NCBI GenBank assembly: GCA_014729775.1 | Contig: WJJJ01000022.1 | Location: 13,313-77,312, forward strand | Direction: 5' to 3' | From: Candidatus Omnitrophota bacterium | Lineage (GTDB): Bacteria > Omnitrophota > Gorgyraeia > Duberdicusellales > 4484-171 | DNA: 64,000 nucleotides | Part shown: piece by piece, positions 1-10,563 of the stretch | Numbering within the stretch: the stretch's first letter is position 1 | How the letters are laid out: every line of letters begins with the position of its first letter | Position numbers and translations under genes: made by a program | Notes under the pieces: model-generated | Seen by the model: only the letters and a program-made list of their open reading frames with translations | What the model was told of the DNA's origin: nothing | Database searches by the model: none

Positions 1-450
1 GCTTTGGCTTCTTTCTCCCCGGCGGTAAAGAAAAATAAAGAATCCGTCTTGCGAATGATCTGCGCCAACAGTTCGTCGGTTTCCTGTCCGGTGTACCGGA
101 CCACCGGCTTCGCCGAAACGAACGCGTACTCTTTTATCGGCTTCAGCTCATCCGGAGAGAACTGCTCGCATAACAGCTGCTCACGATTCAACGCTCCCAG
201 CACTTTTTCGATCCGGTCCGGACTGACGCCTTTCGCCTTCAACGCCTCGGCTTTATCCAGATCCTCCACGATCAAATCCAGCGTTTCTTGAGGATCGATC
301 ACGACCGCCTCGCACACTTCACGACGCTGATCGGTGAACGCGAACCCGTAAAAGGAAACCTTCGGCGAACGGAACCGTTCAGCGCGCCGTGTCAATCGCG
401 GATCTCGAAAAGCCTTCTTGCCAATCAGCTCTTGATTTTTGGTGTAGATC
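1..450 (-). CDS. Hypothetical protein, 3' end beyond window start (partial)
   Basis: Minus-strand frame reads without stops from a GTG near 450 to position 1 (VKIYTKNQELIGKKAFRDPRLTRRAERF...AQIIRKTDSLFFFTAGEKEAK). It has protein-like composition, unlike the Ser-rich antisense ORF 4..291. It lies directly downstream of the EF-G-like gene on the same strand. No start ATG in frame, so an alternative start is assumed. Confidence 0.4.
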
Positions 451-486
451 TTCACAATTGAAGCGTTCCTTGCTCCCGGCAGTAAC

Positions 487-2478
487 TCACGCTGTCTGTT
501 TTTCCTGCTGTGCCTGTGCAATAATCGTCTGACCAATCCGGTCCGGCACCACGTCGTAATGAGAGAAATGCATGGTGTAGGCACCCCGGCCGCCGGTCAC
601 CGATCGTAAGTCGGAGGCATATTTAAACATTTCCGCCAGCGGAACGAAGGCTTTCACTACTTCGTTTTTCCCGCGCATCTCCATCCCCTGAACCCTGCCT
701 CTGCGTGAACTGATATCGCCGGTTACCTGGCCCATGACCTCTTCCGGCACCGCGATCTCTACTTCCATCACCGGCTCGAGCAGCACACTGCGTCCCTGCT
801 CGAGCGCCTTTCTCAATGCCATTGAACCGCAAATCTGAAACGCCATATCCGAAGAATCCACCGGGTGATACGACCCGTCATAGAGCGTTACTTTGATGTC
901 GGCAACGTGGTATCCGGCCAAAATGCCCTGCTCCATGGCTTTGCGAATCCCCTTTTCCACCGACGGAATGAAATTCCGCGGGATCGCACCCCCGACGATC
1001 TGATTCACGAATTCAAAATCCTTGCCTCTTTCAAGCGGTTCCACTTTAATGTACACTTCGGCGAACTGTCCCCGCCCTCCGGTTTGCTTTTTATACCTAT
1101 GCTGAACGTCCGCGGGCTTCGCGATCGTTTCCCGGTAGGGAACTTTCGGCGTGCCCAAATCGACGTCCGCGCCGTATTTTCGTTTCATCCGTTCGATAAT
1201 CACGTGCAAATGGAGCTCACCCATCCCGGAAACGATCAATTCATGGGTCTGGCTGTCGCGGGAAATTTTACAGGTCGGATCTTCCAGCGCCAGCCGGGCC
1301 AGGGCGGTGGAGATCTTTTCTTCGTCCTGCCGGGTTTTCGGTTTCACCGACGCACTGTAGGCCGGAGGAGGAAACTGTAGACCGGGAAACCGCACCTGGA
1401 ACGATTTTTCGCATAAACTATCGCCGGTCACCGCCTCCTTGAGTTTCGCCACCGCGCCGATTTCTCCGGCCGAAATTCCGTCCTGGGCCACCTGCTGTTT
1501 TCCCTGCAGTATAGAGATCTGTCCTATTTTTTCTTTCGTGTGCTGATTCACGTTCATCACATCCGTATTGGAAGTGATCGAGCCGGAATGCACCCGAAAA
1601 ATACTCACTTTGCCCACAAACGGATCAATAAATGTCTTAATGATCTGTGCGGTAAAGGGACCGTCGGCTTTCGGCTCCACCCGTACTTCCTCTCCCTCCT
1701 TTTCCGCCGCGCGGGGACGCCCCTGCGCAACCGAAGGCATAAATTCCTCTATGTATTCCAGCAAGGTATCGATGCCTTTTTCCTCCACCGGCACCCCGCC
1801 GAGAATCGGAAAAAACTGCCGGTTCGCCACCGCAGCCTGCAGTGCGGGCAGCAGCTGTTCCTGCGCGATCGTTCCCGACTCAAGATACTTCTCGATCAGA
1901 GAATCATCGCTCTCCGCTACGGTTTCCATAATCGGATTATAATACTGGGGATCCTTTGTTTTGAGGACGCTTTTCGCTTCGCCGCCGGCAAACTGCACGC
2001 ACGGGACCGCCGCTTTGGAAAATGATTTTTTTATATCCTCGGCAGTTTCTTCAAAACTGGTATTCTCTTTGTCTAATTTCGTCACGAAAAATATACAGGG
2101 AAGATCAAGCCGCTGACAAAAATTCCAGGCCCGTTCGGTACCGACTTCCACCCCGTTCGCCGCATCAACCGCGATCACCGCGAAATCGACCGCACGAATG
2201 CCCGCAGCCAGCTCACCGAGGAAATCAAGATAGCCGGGGGTATCGATAAACTGGAGAAAGAGTCCGTTATGTTCAGCGTGCAGAAGAGACAGGTTAATGG
2301 AACTTCTTCTGTCCTTTTCATCCTCTTCATGGTCGCTGACCGTGGTTCCTTCTTCCACGCGTCCCAACCGTTTCGTCGCCCCGCAGGCATGAAGCAGCGC
2401 TTCGCTGAGAGCCGTTTTCCCGGATTGCGCGTGCCCGCAGAACAGAAATACCCTTTTCTTGGAGAGATCAGTCCTCAT
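487..2478 (-). CDS. Elongation factor G family paralog (divergent EF-G-like translational GTPase)
   Basis: 663 aa with EF-G domain order. G1 motif is GHAQSGKT, G3 is DTPGYLDF, G4 is TKLD (N->T), and the EF-G-like C-terminus is ...YTMHFSHYDVVP. Motifs are clearly diverged from canonical [20 protein letters not shown]. Confidence 0.85.
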   Translation of the reverse strand: MRTDLSKKRVFLFCGHAQSGKTALSEALLHACGATKRLGRVEEGTTVSDHEEDEKDRRSSINLSLLHAEHNGLFLQFIDTPGYLDFLGELAAGIRAVDFAVIAVDAANGVEVGTERAWNFCQRLDLPCIFFVTKLDKENTSFEETAEDIKKSFSKAAVPCVQFAGGEAKSVLKTKDPQYYNPIMETVAESDDSLIEKYLESGTIAQEQLLPALQAAVANRQFFPILGGVPVEEKGIDTLLEYIEEFMPSVAQGRPRAAEKEGEEVRVEPKADGPFTAQIIKTFIDPFVGKVSIFRVHSGSITSNTDVMNVNQHTKEKIGQISILQGKQQVAQDGISAGEIGAVAKLKEAVTGDSLCEKSFQVRFPGLQFPPPAYSASVKPKTRQDEEKISTALARLALEDPTCKISRDSQTHELIVSGMGELHLHVIIERMKRKYGADVDLGTPKVPYRETIAKPADVQHRYKKQTGGRGQFAEVYIKVEPLERGKDFEFVNQIVGGAIPRNFIPSVEKGIRKAMEQGILAGYHVADIKVTLYDGSYHPVDSSDMAFQICGSMALRKALEQGRSVLLEPVMEVEIAVPEEVMGQVTGDISSRRGRVQGMEMRGKNEVVKAFVPLAEMFKYASDLRSVTGGRGAYTMHFSHYDVVPDRIGQTIIAQAQQEKQTA

Positions 2479-2798
2479 ATAATGCCTCCTCCCATTTATG
2501 GTGATTTCGGATGTTCTTGAGAATTGGGACGCGAGAAAGTGAATGACACACGGTACAGCTCTCCACGATCTTTGAATTGAAGAGGAACAACGACGCAGAC
2601 TCCACTCCGCGATACTCAGCGGGGAGCGGAAAAGCGCCTACGTTTCCCTGAAACAGTTCTGCGCGAGCCGAGCAGGTGGACCGCAGCCTCGGCTGAAACG
2701 AATAAAAATCATTATAGACGAAAAACATTCGGCCGTCAATGGAAGGAGGCCGCTTTTTGAGTTTCTTAACGCTCTGTTCACCAGTATGTTAGAAAAAA

Positions 2799-3845
2799 TC
2801 AGCACAGAAACATCGCGTCCCCGAAACTATAGAAACGGAAATTATTCCGCAGGGCGTAGGAGTAACTTTCCCGGATTATTGCGGGACTGCAGAACGCAGA
2901 CACGAGAATGAGATTGGTAGACCGGGACGTATGAAAATTGGTGATCAGCCCGTCCACGATCTTAAACCGGTACCCGGGCACGATATAATAATCGGTTTCG
3001 CCGCTGTAAGCCACCACCTGCGCGCGTCCCTGCGCGTCTATTCCCGCACAGCTTTCCAGCATTCTCACACAGGTCGTCCCTACCGCGATCACCCTTCTTT
3101 TTTCCTGCTTCGCCGTATTGATCCTCGCCGCCGCGTCAGCGGACACCTCGATCCATTCGGATTCCATGGGATGGGCGCGGATATCTTCTGTTTTCACGGG
3201 ACGGAATGTCGCCACTCCGCAATGGAGGGTGATCGGCACGGTTTCCACCCCGCGGCGGACGAGCGCCTCCCGCAAAGAAGGCGTAAAATGGAGTCCGGCC
3301 GTGGGCGCGGCCACCGCCCCCGCACGACGCGCGTACACTGTCTGGTATTCGGACGGATCGGCAACCGGCTCCCGGATATAGGGCGGAAGAGGCACTTCCC
3401 CGTGCCGTTCGGCGTACCCCAGCACTTCGGCCGAAGAAAACCGGAGCACCCGTTTGCCGGAATCAGTCACTTCTTTCACCTCGGCGGAGAATGCGTCATG
3501 AGGGAAAGAAATCCGCGCTCCTTCGCGCATTTTTTTGCCCGGTTTCACTAATGCCTCCCATTCCCCCGGCGCGCGGCACCGCACCAGAAGCACCTCCACC
3601 GATGCACCCCGGGCACTACGCCCGTGCAGCCGGGCTCTGAAGACTCTGGTATCATTGAGAACCAGCAGATCTCCTTCTCCGAGGAACCGGGGCAGATCGC
3701 GAAACCGAACGCTTTCCTTTACGCCCTCGGCGCGGCTGACCACCAGCAGGCGGCTGGAATCCCGCGGCGCAGCCGGCCGCTGAGCGATATTTCTTTGCGG
3801 AACCTCGAATTCATACCGGGAAATATGGAATATTTCTTCGTTCAT
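2799..3845 (-). CDS. queA: S-adenosylmethionine:tRNA ribosyltransferase-isomerase
   Basis: 348 aa with QueA hallmarks (LPPYI, TAGLHFT, VGTTxxR). Confidence 0.9.
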   Translation of the reverse strand: MNEEIFHISRYEFEVPQRNIAQRPAAPRDSSRLLVVSRAEGVKESVRFRDLPRFLGEGDLLVLNDTRVFRARLHGRSARGASVEVLLVRCRAPGEWEALVKPGKKMREGARISFPHDAFSAEVKEVTDSGKRVLRFSSAEVLGYAERHGEVPLPPYIREPVADPSEYQTVYARRAGAVAAPTAGLHFTPSLREALVRRGVETVPITLHCGVATFRPVKTEDIRAHPMESEWIEVSADAAARINTAKQEKRRVIAVGTTCVRMLESCAGIDAQGRAQVVAYSGETDYYIVPGYRFKIVDGLITNFHTSRSTNLILVSAFCSPAIIRESYSYALRNNFRFYSFGDAMFLC

Positions 3846-3937
3846 GGAGTGTTTATTCTACCAGACTGGTACCGATTGAAAAGCATTTTTCTCGCGCTTT
3901 CTTCCCGCACGGAGAGAATTGACTTTTGGGATGAATT

Positions 3938-5101
3938 ATGATAAGAATAGCTGATATGGACACCATAAAAAAACTTCAGGAAGAAACGGAAAAACTCCGG
4001 TCGCAGTTTTACATATTTTATGAGCTTACCAAGGCCATGCGCTCCACACTGCGATTGGACGAAATCGTCTACATCATCCTCACCGGTCTGACCGCACGCC
4101 AGGGACTGGCGTTTAACCGGGCGATTCTGTTCCTTGTGGACGATACCAACCAGACCATTCAGGGATACATGGGGATCGGGCCGGTTGACGGACAGGAAGC
4201 GAATCAAATCTGGAAAAGCATTGAACACCAAAAGATGGACCTGCGCAGTCTGACCTTCGCCTACCACTGCCTCCGGGAAGGAAAAAAAACCCGGTTCAGC
4301 GAGTATGTAGAATCGATGTCCTTTCCGCTCTCTCCGGCAAGCGGTATCATTTACTCCGCACTGTTCGACAAGGGACCTGTATGTTTCTCCGCAGACCATG
4401 ATCTGCGCTACCGGGAAGATCCCCTGGTGAAACATCTTAAATTAAAGGATTTCCTGACCTCCTCGCTGTGGATCAAAGACGAACCGCGGGGACTGATTCT
4501 TGTGGACAATTACATCACCAAAAAACCTATCTCTGAAGATGACACCCGTATCTTCAACATGTTCGTGGAACAGGCCCAGGGCGCGATCGAAAATTCCAAA
4601 GTCTACGAAGACACGCTCCTGAGAGCCCATACCGATTCTCTCACCGGTCTCTGGAATCACGGGTATTTTCAATACGCACTGGACGAGGAAATGACGAAAG
4701 CGAAACGCGCGAAGACGCCGCTCTCGATCATGATGATCGATATGGATAATTTTAAGCGTTACAATGACGTGCAGGGTCATATCCAGGGAGACAAAGCCCT
4801 CAAACGGGTAAGCGCGATACTCAAAGACAACTGCCGGAAAGTGGATACCCTGTGCCGTTACGGCGGAGAAGAATTCAGCCTGATCCTGCCGGCGACTTCT
4901 CTCCAGGAAGCGTATCTGCTGGCAGAACGGATCAGAACTTCGGTGGCACACTCGGATGTGCTGGGAAGCAAATTCACGATCAGTATCGGTATCGCCGCGC
5001 TGGAAGATTTCTCCCTGGAAAAAGAGACGTTTATCCGCAGAGCCGACACCGCTCTGTACCGCGCCAAGCGGGAAGGGAAAAATCAGGTAGTGCCGGCCTG
5101 A
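3938..5101 (+). CDS. GAF-domain diguanylate cyclase (GGDEF)
   Basis: C-terminal GGDEF domain with RYGGEEF motif preceded by a GAF-like sensory region. It is the only convincing plus-strand gene in the window. Confidence 0.85.
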   Translation: MIRIADMDTIKKLQEETEKLRSQFYIFYELTKAMRSTLRLDEIVYIILTGLTARQGLAFNRAILFLVDDTNQTIQGYMGIGPVDGQEANQIWKSIEHQKMDLRSLTFAYHCLREGKKTRFSEYVESMSFPLSPASGIIYSALFDKGPVCFSADHDLRYREDPLVKHLKLKDFLTSSLWIKDEPRGLILVDNYITKKPISEDDTRIFNMFVEQAQGAIENSKVYEDTLLRAHTDSLTGLWNHGYFQYALDEEMTKAKRAKTPLSIMMIDMDNFKRYNDVQGHIQGDKALKRVSAILKDNCRKVDTLCRYGGEEFSLILPATSLQEAYLLAERIRTSVAHSDVLGSKFTISIGIAALEDFSLEKETFIRRADTALYRAKREGKNQVVPA

Positions 5102-5253
5102 CCCTCCCGTTCAAGAAATGACGACTTCCTCTCTCTTTTGCAGCCTCTCGCTGTGTCAGCATACCCGGATATCAGGCCGTCAAATAATGAGCAGGAAAAC
5201 CGCAAAGAGCAGACGTTTCTGATCCCGGGAAACTCTGTTTCAGGGATGTTTCG

Positions 5254-8200
5254 TTATTGCGCGGCGGAAGCGGCTTCTTCCTGGTCCTGATGGGCGAACT
5301 TGACCGAAACGAGCTTTGACACGCCTTTTTCTTCCATGGTGACTCCGTACAGCACATCGGCGTTGCTCATGGTCTTTTTATTATGGGTGATCAACAGGAA
5401 CTGGGAAACCTGAGAGAATTCCCTCAAAAGGTGATTGAAGCGGTCCACGTTCGCCTCATCCAGCGGCGCGTCAATTTCGTCGAGCACGCACAGCGGTGAC
5501 GGACGGACGCGAAAGATCGCGAACACGAGAGAGATCGCGGTAAGTGCCTTCTCTCCTCCGGAAAGCAAGGACACATTCTGAAGTTTTTTCCCCGGGGGCT
5601 GGACTTCTATTTCCACTCCCGATTCGAGCACGTTCTCCTTATCCAGCAGAATCAACTGGGCGCGTCCTCCGTTAAAAAGGAACCGGAAGTTCCTTTTAAA
5701 CTCATGCTGAATCTTCTCGAACGTTTCCAGAAAAAGTTCTTTGGAGGTACGGTTGATTTTCTGAATCGCTTTTTTCAGGTTTTCTTTGGAAGATATCAGA
5801 TCCGCTTTCTGCGTATCCAGGAATTCCTCCCGCTTTTTTAATTCTTCGAATTCTTCAATCGCGAACAAATTCGTTTCCCCGAGCGAATTTTTCCGTTTCT
5901 TCAGTTTATCCCGCGCCGCGCTCAACTCCTCGACCGTTTCCCGGACATCCTCCGCAGGCAGCGGCGTAAACTCCAGTTGATACACCTGCTGAAGATAATC
6001 TTTGACTTTTTCTTTCTCGTATTCCAGTCCCTGGATATCCAACTTTTTATTATAGAGAAACGTCTGCGCTTTCTGAACCTGCTCTTCAAGATCACGAATG
6101 CGTCCGTTTTGAACCCCGATGCGTTTCTCACATTCGTGAAACTCTTCCTCCAGACGCTGTTTGTGCTCCTCGGCGGCACGGGCCCGTTCCTGTCCCTGCG
6201 CGATGCCGGACTGGAGCGTTTCTATTTCCTCCCGGAGCTGACCGGCCTTATCTTCGTTGGTCTTTCGCTCCCGCTCGATCTCGGCCAGCGTTCCGGCCAC
6301 GGCGCTTTTCTCCTCCTCGAACAGGATAATGCGGGATTGAAGATCCTCTCGCTCTTTAAACAGAGACTGATTCTGCTCTTCGCGCTTGGCCTGTTCAATC
6401 TCAAGCGCGTTCATCTCTTCTCCGTTCCGCGTGAGTGTTTCCTGATACTGCTTGATCTGCTCCTGCGCGGCGTACACCGACTGCTCGAACGTCTGGGTCT
6501 TCTCCTCAAGAGTCTTCTGAGTGGTTTCAAGCGCTTCGATTTCACTCAGGACCGTCTCCATCTCGCTCTCCACCACCTGAGATTCCTCCTGCAGACGGGT
6601 AAGATCCCGGCCAAATCCTTCACGTTCCTGGAGGCGCTCCTGACACTGTTTTTCTTCTTCCGCTAATCGTTGTTCACAGTGAGAGATTTCTTCCTGCAGG
6701 CCCTGGATCTCGGCCTCGGTATGTGCAATCGATGCCGACAGGGACGCGATACGCTCGCGGGTCTGCTGTATTTTCTGCTCAAGCTGCGCTTCATCGAAGG
6801 AAACGACTTTGGCGTCCAGCGAGGCCCGGTACACTCCGCCTTCTTTTTCAATTACCGCTTCTTTCAAAGACAGAATCAGCTTATTGATCTGTTTCGGTTC
6901 CTGGTCGAATAACACCGTCACTTTTCGGGAAGAAGAGAACGAATCATACTTGGTCCTCAAGTCACGCAAGAATTCATAGGTCGATTTCAATTCCACCAGC
7001 TCTTTATCTAATTCAATCACGGTATTCTTCATTTCGTCTTTTTTGCGCGCACTTTCGCGTTCCTTGGCGGCCAGCGCCGCCTTCTTCTCTTTGCGTTCCC
7101 GCACGCGGTTTTCCAGCCCGGCCACCTCCTCCTGTACCCGCTCATACTGCTGACGGGTATCTTTCACCAGATCCTCCAGCCGGGTTTTATCCAGAAGAAG
7201 CCGCTGTTTACGTTTCCCCAATGAGGTCAGATTCGTCTGTATTTGAATAAGGGTATTGCGGGAATTCACCCGTTCCGTCTCCAGCTCAAACACCTTGGTC
7301 TTCTCCGCTTTTAACGCGGCCTGCACTTCTCTGGTATTCTGCGACAACTCCTGTTTTTTCCGGGCCAAAGACTCCATCGCTTCTTTGATCCTGGAAACCC
7401 GCTGATCAAAAGAATCGAGCTCCTGCTGTACCTGCGCGATCCGCTGTTCCTGGATCCGCAACCGTTCGCTGAAACTCGCACGGTTCGCATCAATCGTTTG
7501 GTTTCTTTTTTCAAGTTCCTGAATGCGCTGTTCGGAAACCCTGATGTGCGAGGTAGAATTCTCAATCTGCGCAGCAAGGGAGATCATTTCGGCGTTCGCT
7601 TGCTCCAGTTTTTTCCGCGTTTCCGAAAGCTGACCGTCAAGCTTCTCTTTTTCGCGGCTCGTCTCCCGGAGTTCGGCTTCTTTCTCGGTTTCTTGCTGTT
7701 TCATCCGCTGCAGCTCGTCCAATAAGGCATTCATCTGCTCTGAAAAACCGTGACACTGCAGAGAGGCAATCTTCTTTTCAGTTTCAACTAATGCCGCTTC
7801 GACCTCTTTGTACTTGCGTGCCTTTTCAACCTGCCGCTCTAAATACCGTATCTGCCGCCGCACTTCGGAAAGGATGTCTTCCAGCCGAAGAAGATTATCT
7901 TCGGTTTCCTTCAGCCGTTTGAGCGTTTCTTTTTTCCGGTCCTTATATTTGACGATCCCGCTCGCTTCATCGAAAATCAGACGCTTTTCCTCGGGTTTAT
8001 ACCCTAAAAATATCTCTATCCGGCCCTGTTCAATGAACGAATAGGTGGACTCACCGATACCGGTACCCATAAAAAGCTCCTGTACGTCTCTGAGCCGTAC
8101 GGGATTTTTGTTGATAAAATAATGGCTCTCCCCCGACCGATACAGCCGGCGGGCGATCGATACCTCTTTATAATCAATCGGCAGATAGCCGTCCTCGTTG

Positions 8201-8454
8201 GAAAAGGTAAGAGAGACTTCGGCGTAGTTGAGCGGCGGGTAGCGTTCGGTGCCGTTAAAAATAATATCCTCCATCTTGGTGCCGCGCAAAGATTTCGGAC
8301 TCTGCTCTCCAAGGGCCCACTTTGTCGCGTCAAGGATATTACTTTTCCCGCACCCGTTGGGACCGACCACTACCGTAATCCCGGGCTCGAAGGCAAGCTC
8401 AGCTTTTTGCGGGAAAGATTTAAAACCGAATATTTCTAAATGCTTTAAATACAT
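5254..8454 (-). CDS. smc: Chromosome segregation protein SMC
   Basis: 1066 aa with N-terminal Walker A GPNGCGKSN, long coiled coils, and C-terminal signature LSGGEK plus Walker B VLDEIDAPLD. Confidence 0.85.
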   Translation of the reverse strand: MYLKHLEIFGFKSFPQKAELAFEPGITVVVGPNGCGKSNILDATKWALGEQSPKSLRGTKMEDIIFNGTERYPPLNYAEVSLTFSNEDGYLPIDYKEVSIARRLYRSGESHYFINKNPVRLRDVQELFMGTGIGESTYSFIEQGRIEIFLGYKPEEKRLIFDEASGIVKYKDRKKETLKRLKETEDNLLRLEDILSEVRRQIRYLERQVEKARKYKEVEAALVETEKKIASLQCHGFSEQMNALLDELQRMKQQETEKEAELRETSREKEKLDGQLSETRKKLEQANAEMISLAAQIENSTSHIRVSEQRIQELEKRNQTIDANRASFSERLRIQEQRIAQVQQELDSFDQRVSRIKEAMESLARKKQELSQNTREVQAALKAEKTKVFELETERVNSRNTLIQIQTNLTSLGKRKQRLLLDKTRLEDLVKDTRQQYERVQEEVAGLENRVRERKEKKAALAAKERESARKKDEMKNTVIELDKELVELKSTYEFLRDLRTKYDSFSSSRKVTVLFDQEPKQINKLILSLKEAVIEKEGGVYRASLDAKVVSFDEAQLEQKIQQTRERIASLSASIAHTEAEIQGLQEEISHCEQRLAEEEKQCQERLQEREGFGRDLTRLQEESQVVESEMETVLSEIEALETTQKTLEEKTQTFEQSVYAAQEQIKQYQETLTRNGEEMNALEIEQAKREEQNQSLFKEREDLQSRIILFEEEKSAVAGTLAEIERERKTNEDKAGQLREEIETLQSGIAQGQERARAAEEHKQRLEEEFHECEKRIGVQNGRIRDLEEQVQKAQTFLYNKKLDIQGLEYEKEKVKDYLQQVYQLEFTPLPAEDVRETVEELSAARDKLKKRKNSLGETNLFAIEEFEELKKREEFLDTQKADLISSKENLKKAIQKINRTSKELFLETFEKIQHEFKRNFRFLFNGGRAQLILLDKENVLESGVEIEVQPPGKKLQNVSLLSGGEKALTAISLVFAIFRVRPSPLCVLDEIDAPLDEANVDRFNHLLREFSQVSQFLLITHNKKTMSNADVLYGVTMEEKGVSKLVSVKFAHQDQEEAASAAQ

Positions 8455-8526
8455 AACTGCCGCAGTGTTTTCGCTTCAGAAGTCATTATAGCAGGATTTA
8501 CCCCGGGGCGCCAGATGAAACCTGTG

Positions 8527-9732
8527 TTATTTGCGGGCCAGCGCGTCTTTGAACTGCGCGGTAAGCAGAGGAACGACTTTCAGCACATCGCCTACAATGC
8601 CGTAATCGGCAACCTGAAAAATCGGCGCGTCGGGATCTTTGTTCACGGCGACAATCACATCCGAAGACTGCATCCCCACCAAATGCTGAATTTGTCCAGA
8701 AATGCCGCAGGCAATATATACTTTGGGACACACGGTACGGCCGGTCTGCCCGACCTGATGGGAATAGGGTATCCAGCCTGCATCCACGCAGGCGCGGGAA
8801 GAACCGACTGCCGCCCCCAGCGTTTCGGCCAGCTCTTCGATCAAGGAAAAATTCTTCGCATCCTGCAAGCCCCGTCCGCCGGACACGATCACGTCGGCTT
8901 CGGCGATATTGACGGTAGAGGTCATTTCCCGGAAAAAATCCAGAAATTTGATCCGCGGATCACGCAGCTGCGCAGGAATTTCCGCGTCAATGATCTCCCC
9001 CTGCCGGGAAGAATCGACCGGCGATTCCGGCATCACCTTATGACGAACCGTCGCCATCTGCGGCCGGAAATGGGGACAGATAATTTGTGCCATAATATTG
9101 CCGCCGAACGCAGGCCTCGTCTGCACCAACAGGTTCGTGTCCGGATCAATATCCAGACCGGTACAGTCGGCGGTCAATCCGGCATAAAGATTCACGGCGA
9201 TCCGCGACACCAGACTCCGACCGGTCGTAGTCGCCCCGGCCAGAATAATTTCCGGTTTATGTTTCTCCACCAGCTCAACGATCACCTTTGTGTAGTTTTC
9301 GGAAATATAATGCGCCAGATCGGGATGATCGGCCACATATACTTTATCCGCTCCGCGTTCGATAAGCTGCAGCGCGCGGTCTCTGACTCCGGAGCCAAGC
9401 AGCAGCGCCCCCACATAGCTATTCCGCACGCGGGCAAGTTCCTGCGCTTTCCCCAGCAGTTCGTATGCCACCGGAGAAATTTCACCGTCCCGCTGCTCGG
9501 CAAAGACCCAGACTCCCCGGTAGCCGGAAAAATCCCGGCGGCCGGCCGGTTCCTCTCGTACGATTTCGATCGCGTCGAACGAACAGGCAGACACGCACGC
9601 GCCGCACAGGGTACATTTATCCAAGTCGATTATCGCTTTTTTTTCTTTCAGTGTGATCGCCGATACCGGACAGACCGGCACGCACGCGCCGCATCCTACG
9701 CATTTTTCGGGATATACTCGTATACCGCTCAT
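8527..9732 (-). CDS. etfA: Electron transfer flavoprotein alpha subunit with N-terminal 2x[4Fe-4S] ferredoxin domain (FixB/LctC-type)
   Basis: N-terminal CVGCGACVPVCP and CTLCGACVSAC motifs followed by an EtfA FAD-binding domain. Confidence 0.85.
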   Translation of the reverse strand: MSGIRVYPEKCVGCGACVPVCPVSAITLKEKKAIIDLDKCTLCGACVSACSFDAIEIVREEPAGRRDFSGYRGVWVFAEQRDGEISPVAYELLGKAQELARVRNSYVGALLLGSGVRDRALQLIERGADKVYVADHPDLAHYISENYTKVIVELVEKHKPEIILAGATTTGRSLVSRIAVNLYAGLTADCTGLDIDPDTNLLVQTRPAFGGNIMAQIICPHFRPQMATVRHKVMPESPVDSSRQGEIIDAEIPAQLRDPRIKFLDFFREMTSTVNIAEADVIVSGGRGLQDAKNFSLIEELAETLGAAVGSSRACVDAGWIPYSHQVGQTGRTVCPKVYIACGISGQIQHLVGMQSSDVIVAVNKDPDAPIFQVADYGIVGDVLKVVPLLTAQFKDALARK

Positions 9733-9749
9733 CGTGTTCCTTTCGGTAG

Positions 9750-10541
9750 CTAAAACAACTCTTTAATCTCTTCGAACAGCCGGGGAACCGTTTCCTGAGG
9801 ATCTCCCTGGAATACCTTCCCTCCCGTTTTCCGAGGCGGAGAGAAGACTTTCACCACCTGTGTCGGCGAGCCCTTCAATCCAATTGTCTTTTCATCTATT
9901 CCCAGGTCCTCGTTATTCCACACCGGTATTTTCGCTTTTTTCGCGGCCATTTTCCCGCGCAGTGATGGCATTCGCGGCTCATTGATCTCCTTGACAACGG
10001 TAAGTAATGCCGGCAGCTGCAATTCGAGTAATTCGTATCCGTCTTCCAACAGGCGCTCCACCACGATCACGCGCGGATCGGCGTCGAGATGGACGGTGTC
10101 GATCTTCCTCACGTACGTCGCCTGAGGTAAATCGATATGGGTCGCGATCCCGGGACCGACCTGTGCGGTGTCCCCGTCGGAAGCCTGCTTCCCGCACAGC
10201 ACCAGATCGAACTCCTTTATCTTCTCAATCGCCCTGGCCAGGACGAGACTGGTCGACCAGGTATCCGATCCGGCAAACACTCTGTCGCTGAGCAGCACCG
10301 CTTCGTCGCCGCCCAGGGCCAGCGCTTCCCGCAGCGCGGCTTCAGCCTGTGGAGGGCCCATGCTCAATAGAGTTACCTTGCCGCCGTACCGTTCTTTTAA
10401 GCGTACCGCTTCCTCAATCGCGTACATGTCGAACGGATTAATCACGGAATCCACGCCTTCCCGAACGAGCGTGTTGGTTTCCGGATTGATCTTGACTTCC
10501 GTGGTGTCGGGCACCTGTTTGATGCATACGATAATATTCAC
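9750..10541 (-). CDS. etfB: Electron transfer flavoprotein beta subunit
   Basis: 263 aa starting MNIIVCIKQVPDT, typical EtfB/FixA. Located immediately upstream of etfA. Confidence 0.85.
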   Translation of the reverse strand: MNIIVCIKQVPDTTEVKINPETNTLVREGVDSVINPFDMYAIEEAVRLKERYGGKVTLLSMGPPQAEAALREALALGGDEAVLLSDRVFAGSDTWSTSLVLARAIEKIKEFDLVLCGKQASDGDTAQVGPGIATHIDLPQATYVRKIDTVHLDADPRVIVVERLLEDGYELLELQLPALLTVVKEINEPRMPSLRGKMAAKKAKIPVWNNEDLGIDEKTIGLKGSPTQVVKVFSPPRKTGGKVFQGDPQETVPRLFEEIKELF

Positions 10542-10563
10542 TCCGTACTCCTTTCGCCTGCGT

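Noticed and set aside
4-291. Plus-strand 95-aa ORF
   Set aside because: It is Ser-rich and low-complexity, and antisense to a better minus-strand frame with protein-like composition.
2479-2798. 320-bp intergenic region upstream of the EF-G-like gene as a possible tRNA, riboswitch or small gene
   Set aside because: No T-loop-like GTTCGAATC-type motif and no recognisable riboswitch core were seen by eye. The 86-aa ORF there (2468..2728) overlaps the EF-G-like start and looks like noise. Left unannotated.
8515-9753. Plus-strand 412-aa ORF
   Set aside because: It is entirely antisense to the well-supported etfA gene. Its Arg/His/Gly-rich composition is typical of a GC-rich shadow ORF.
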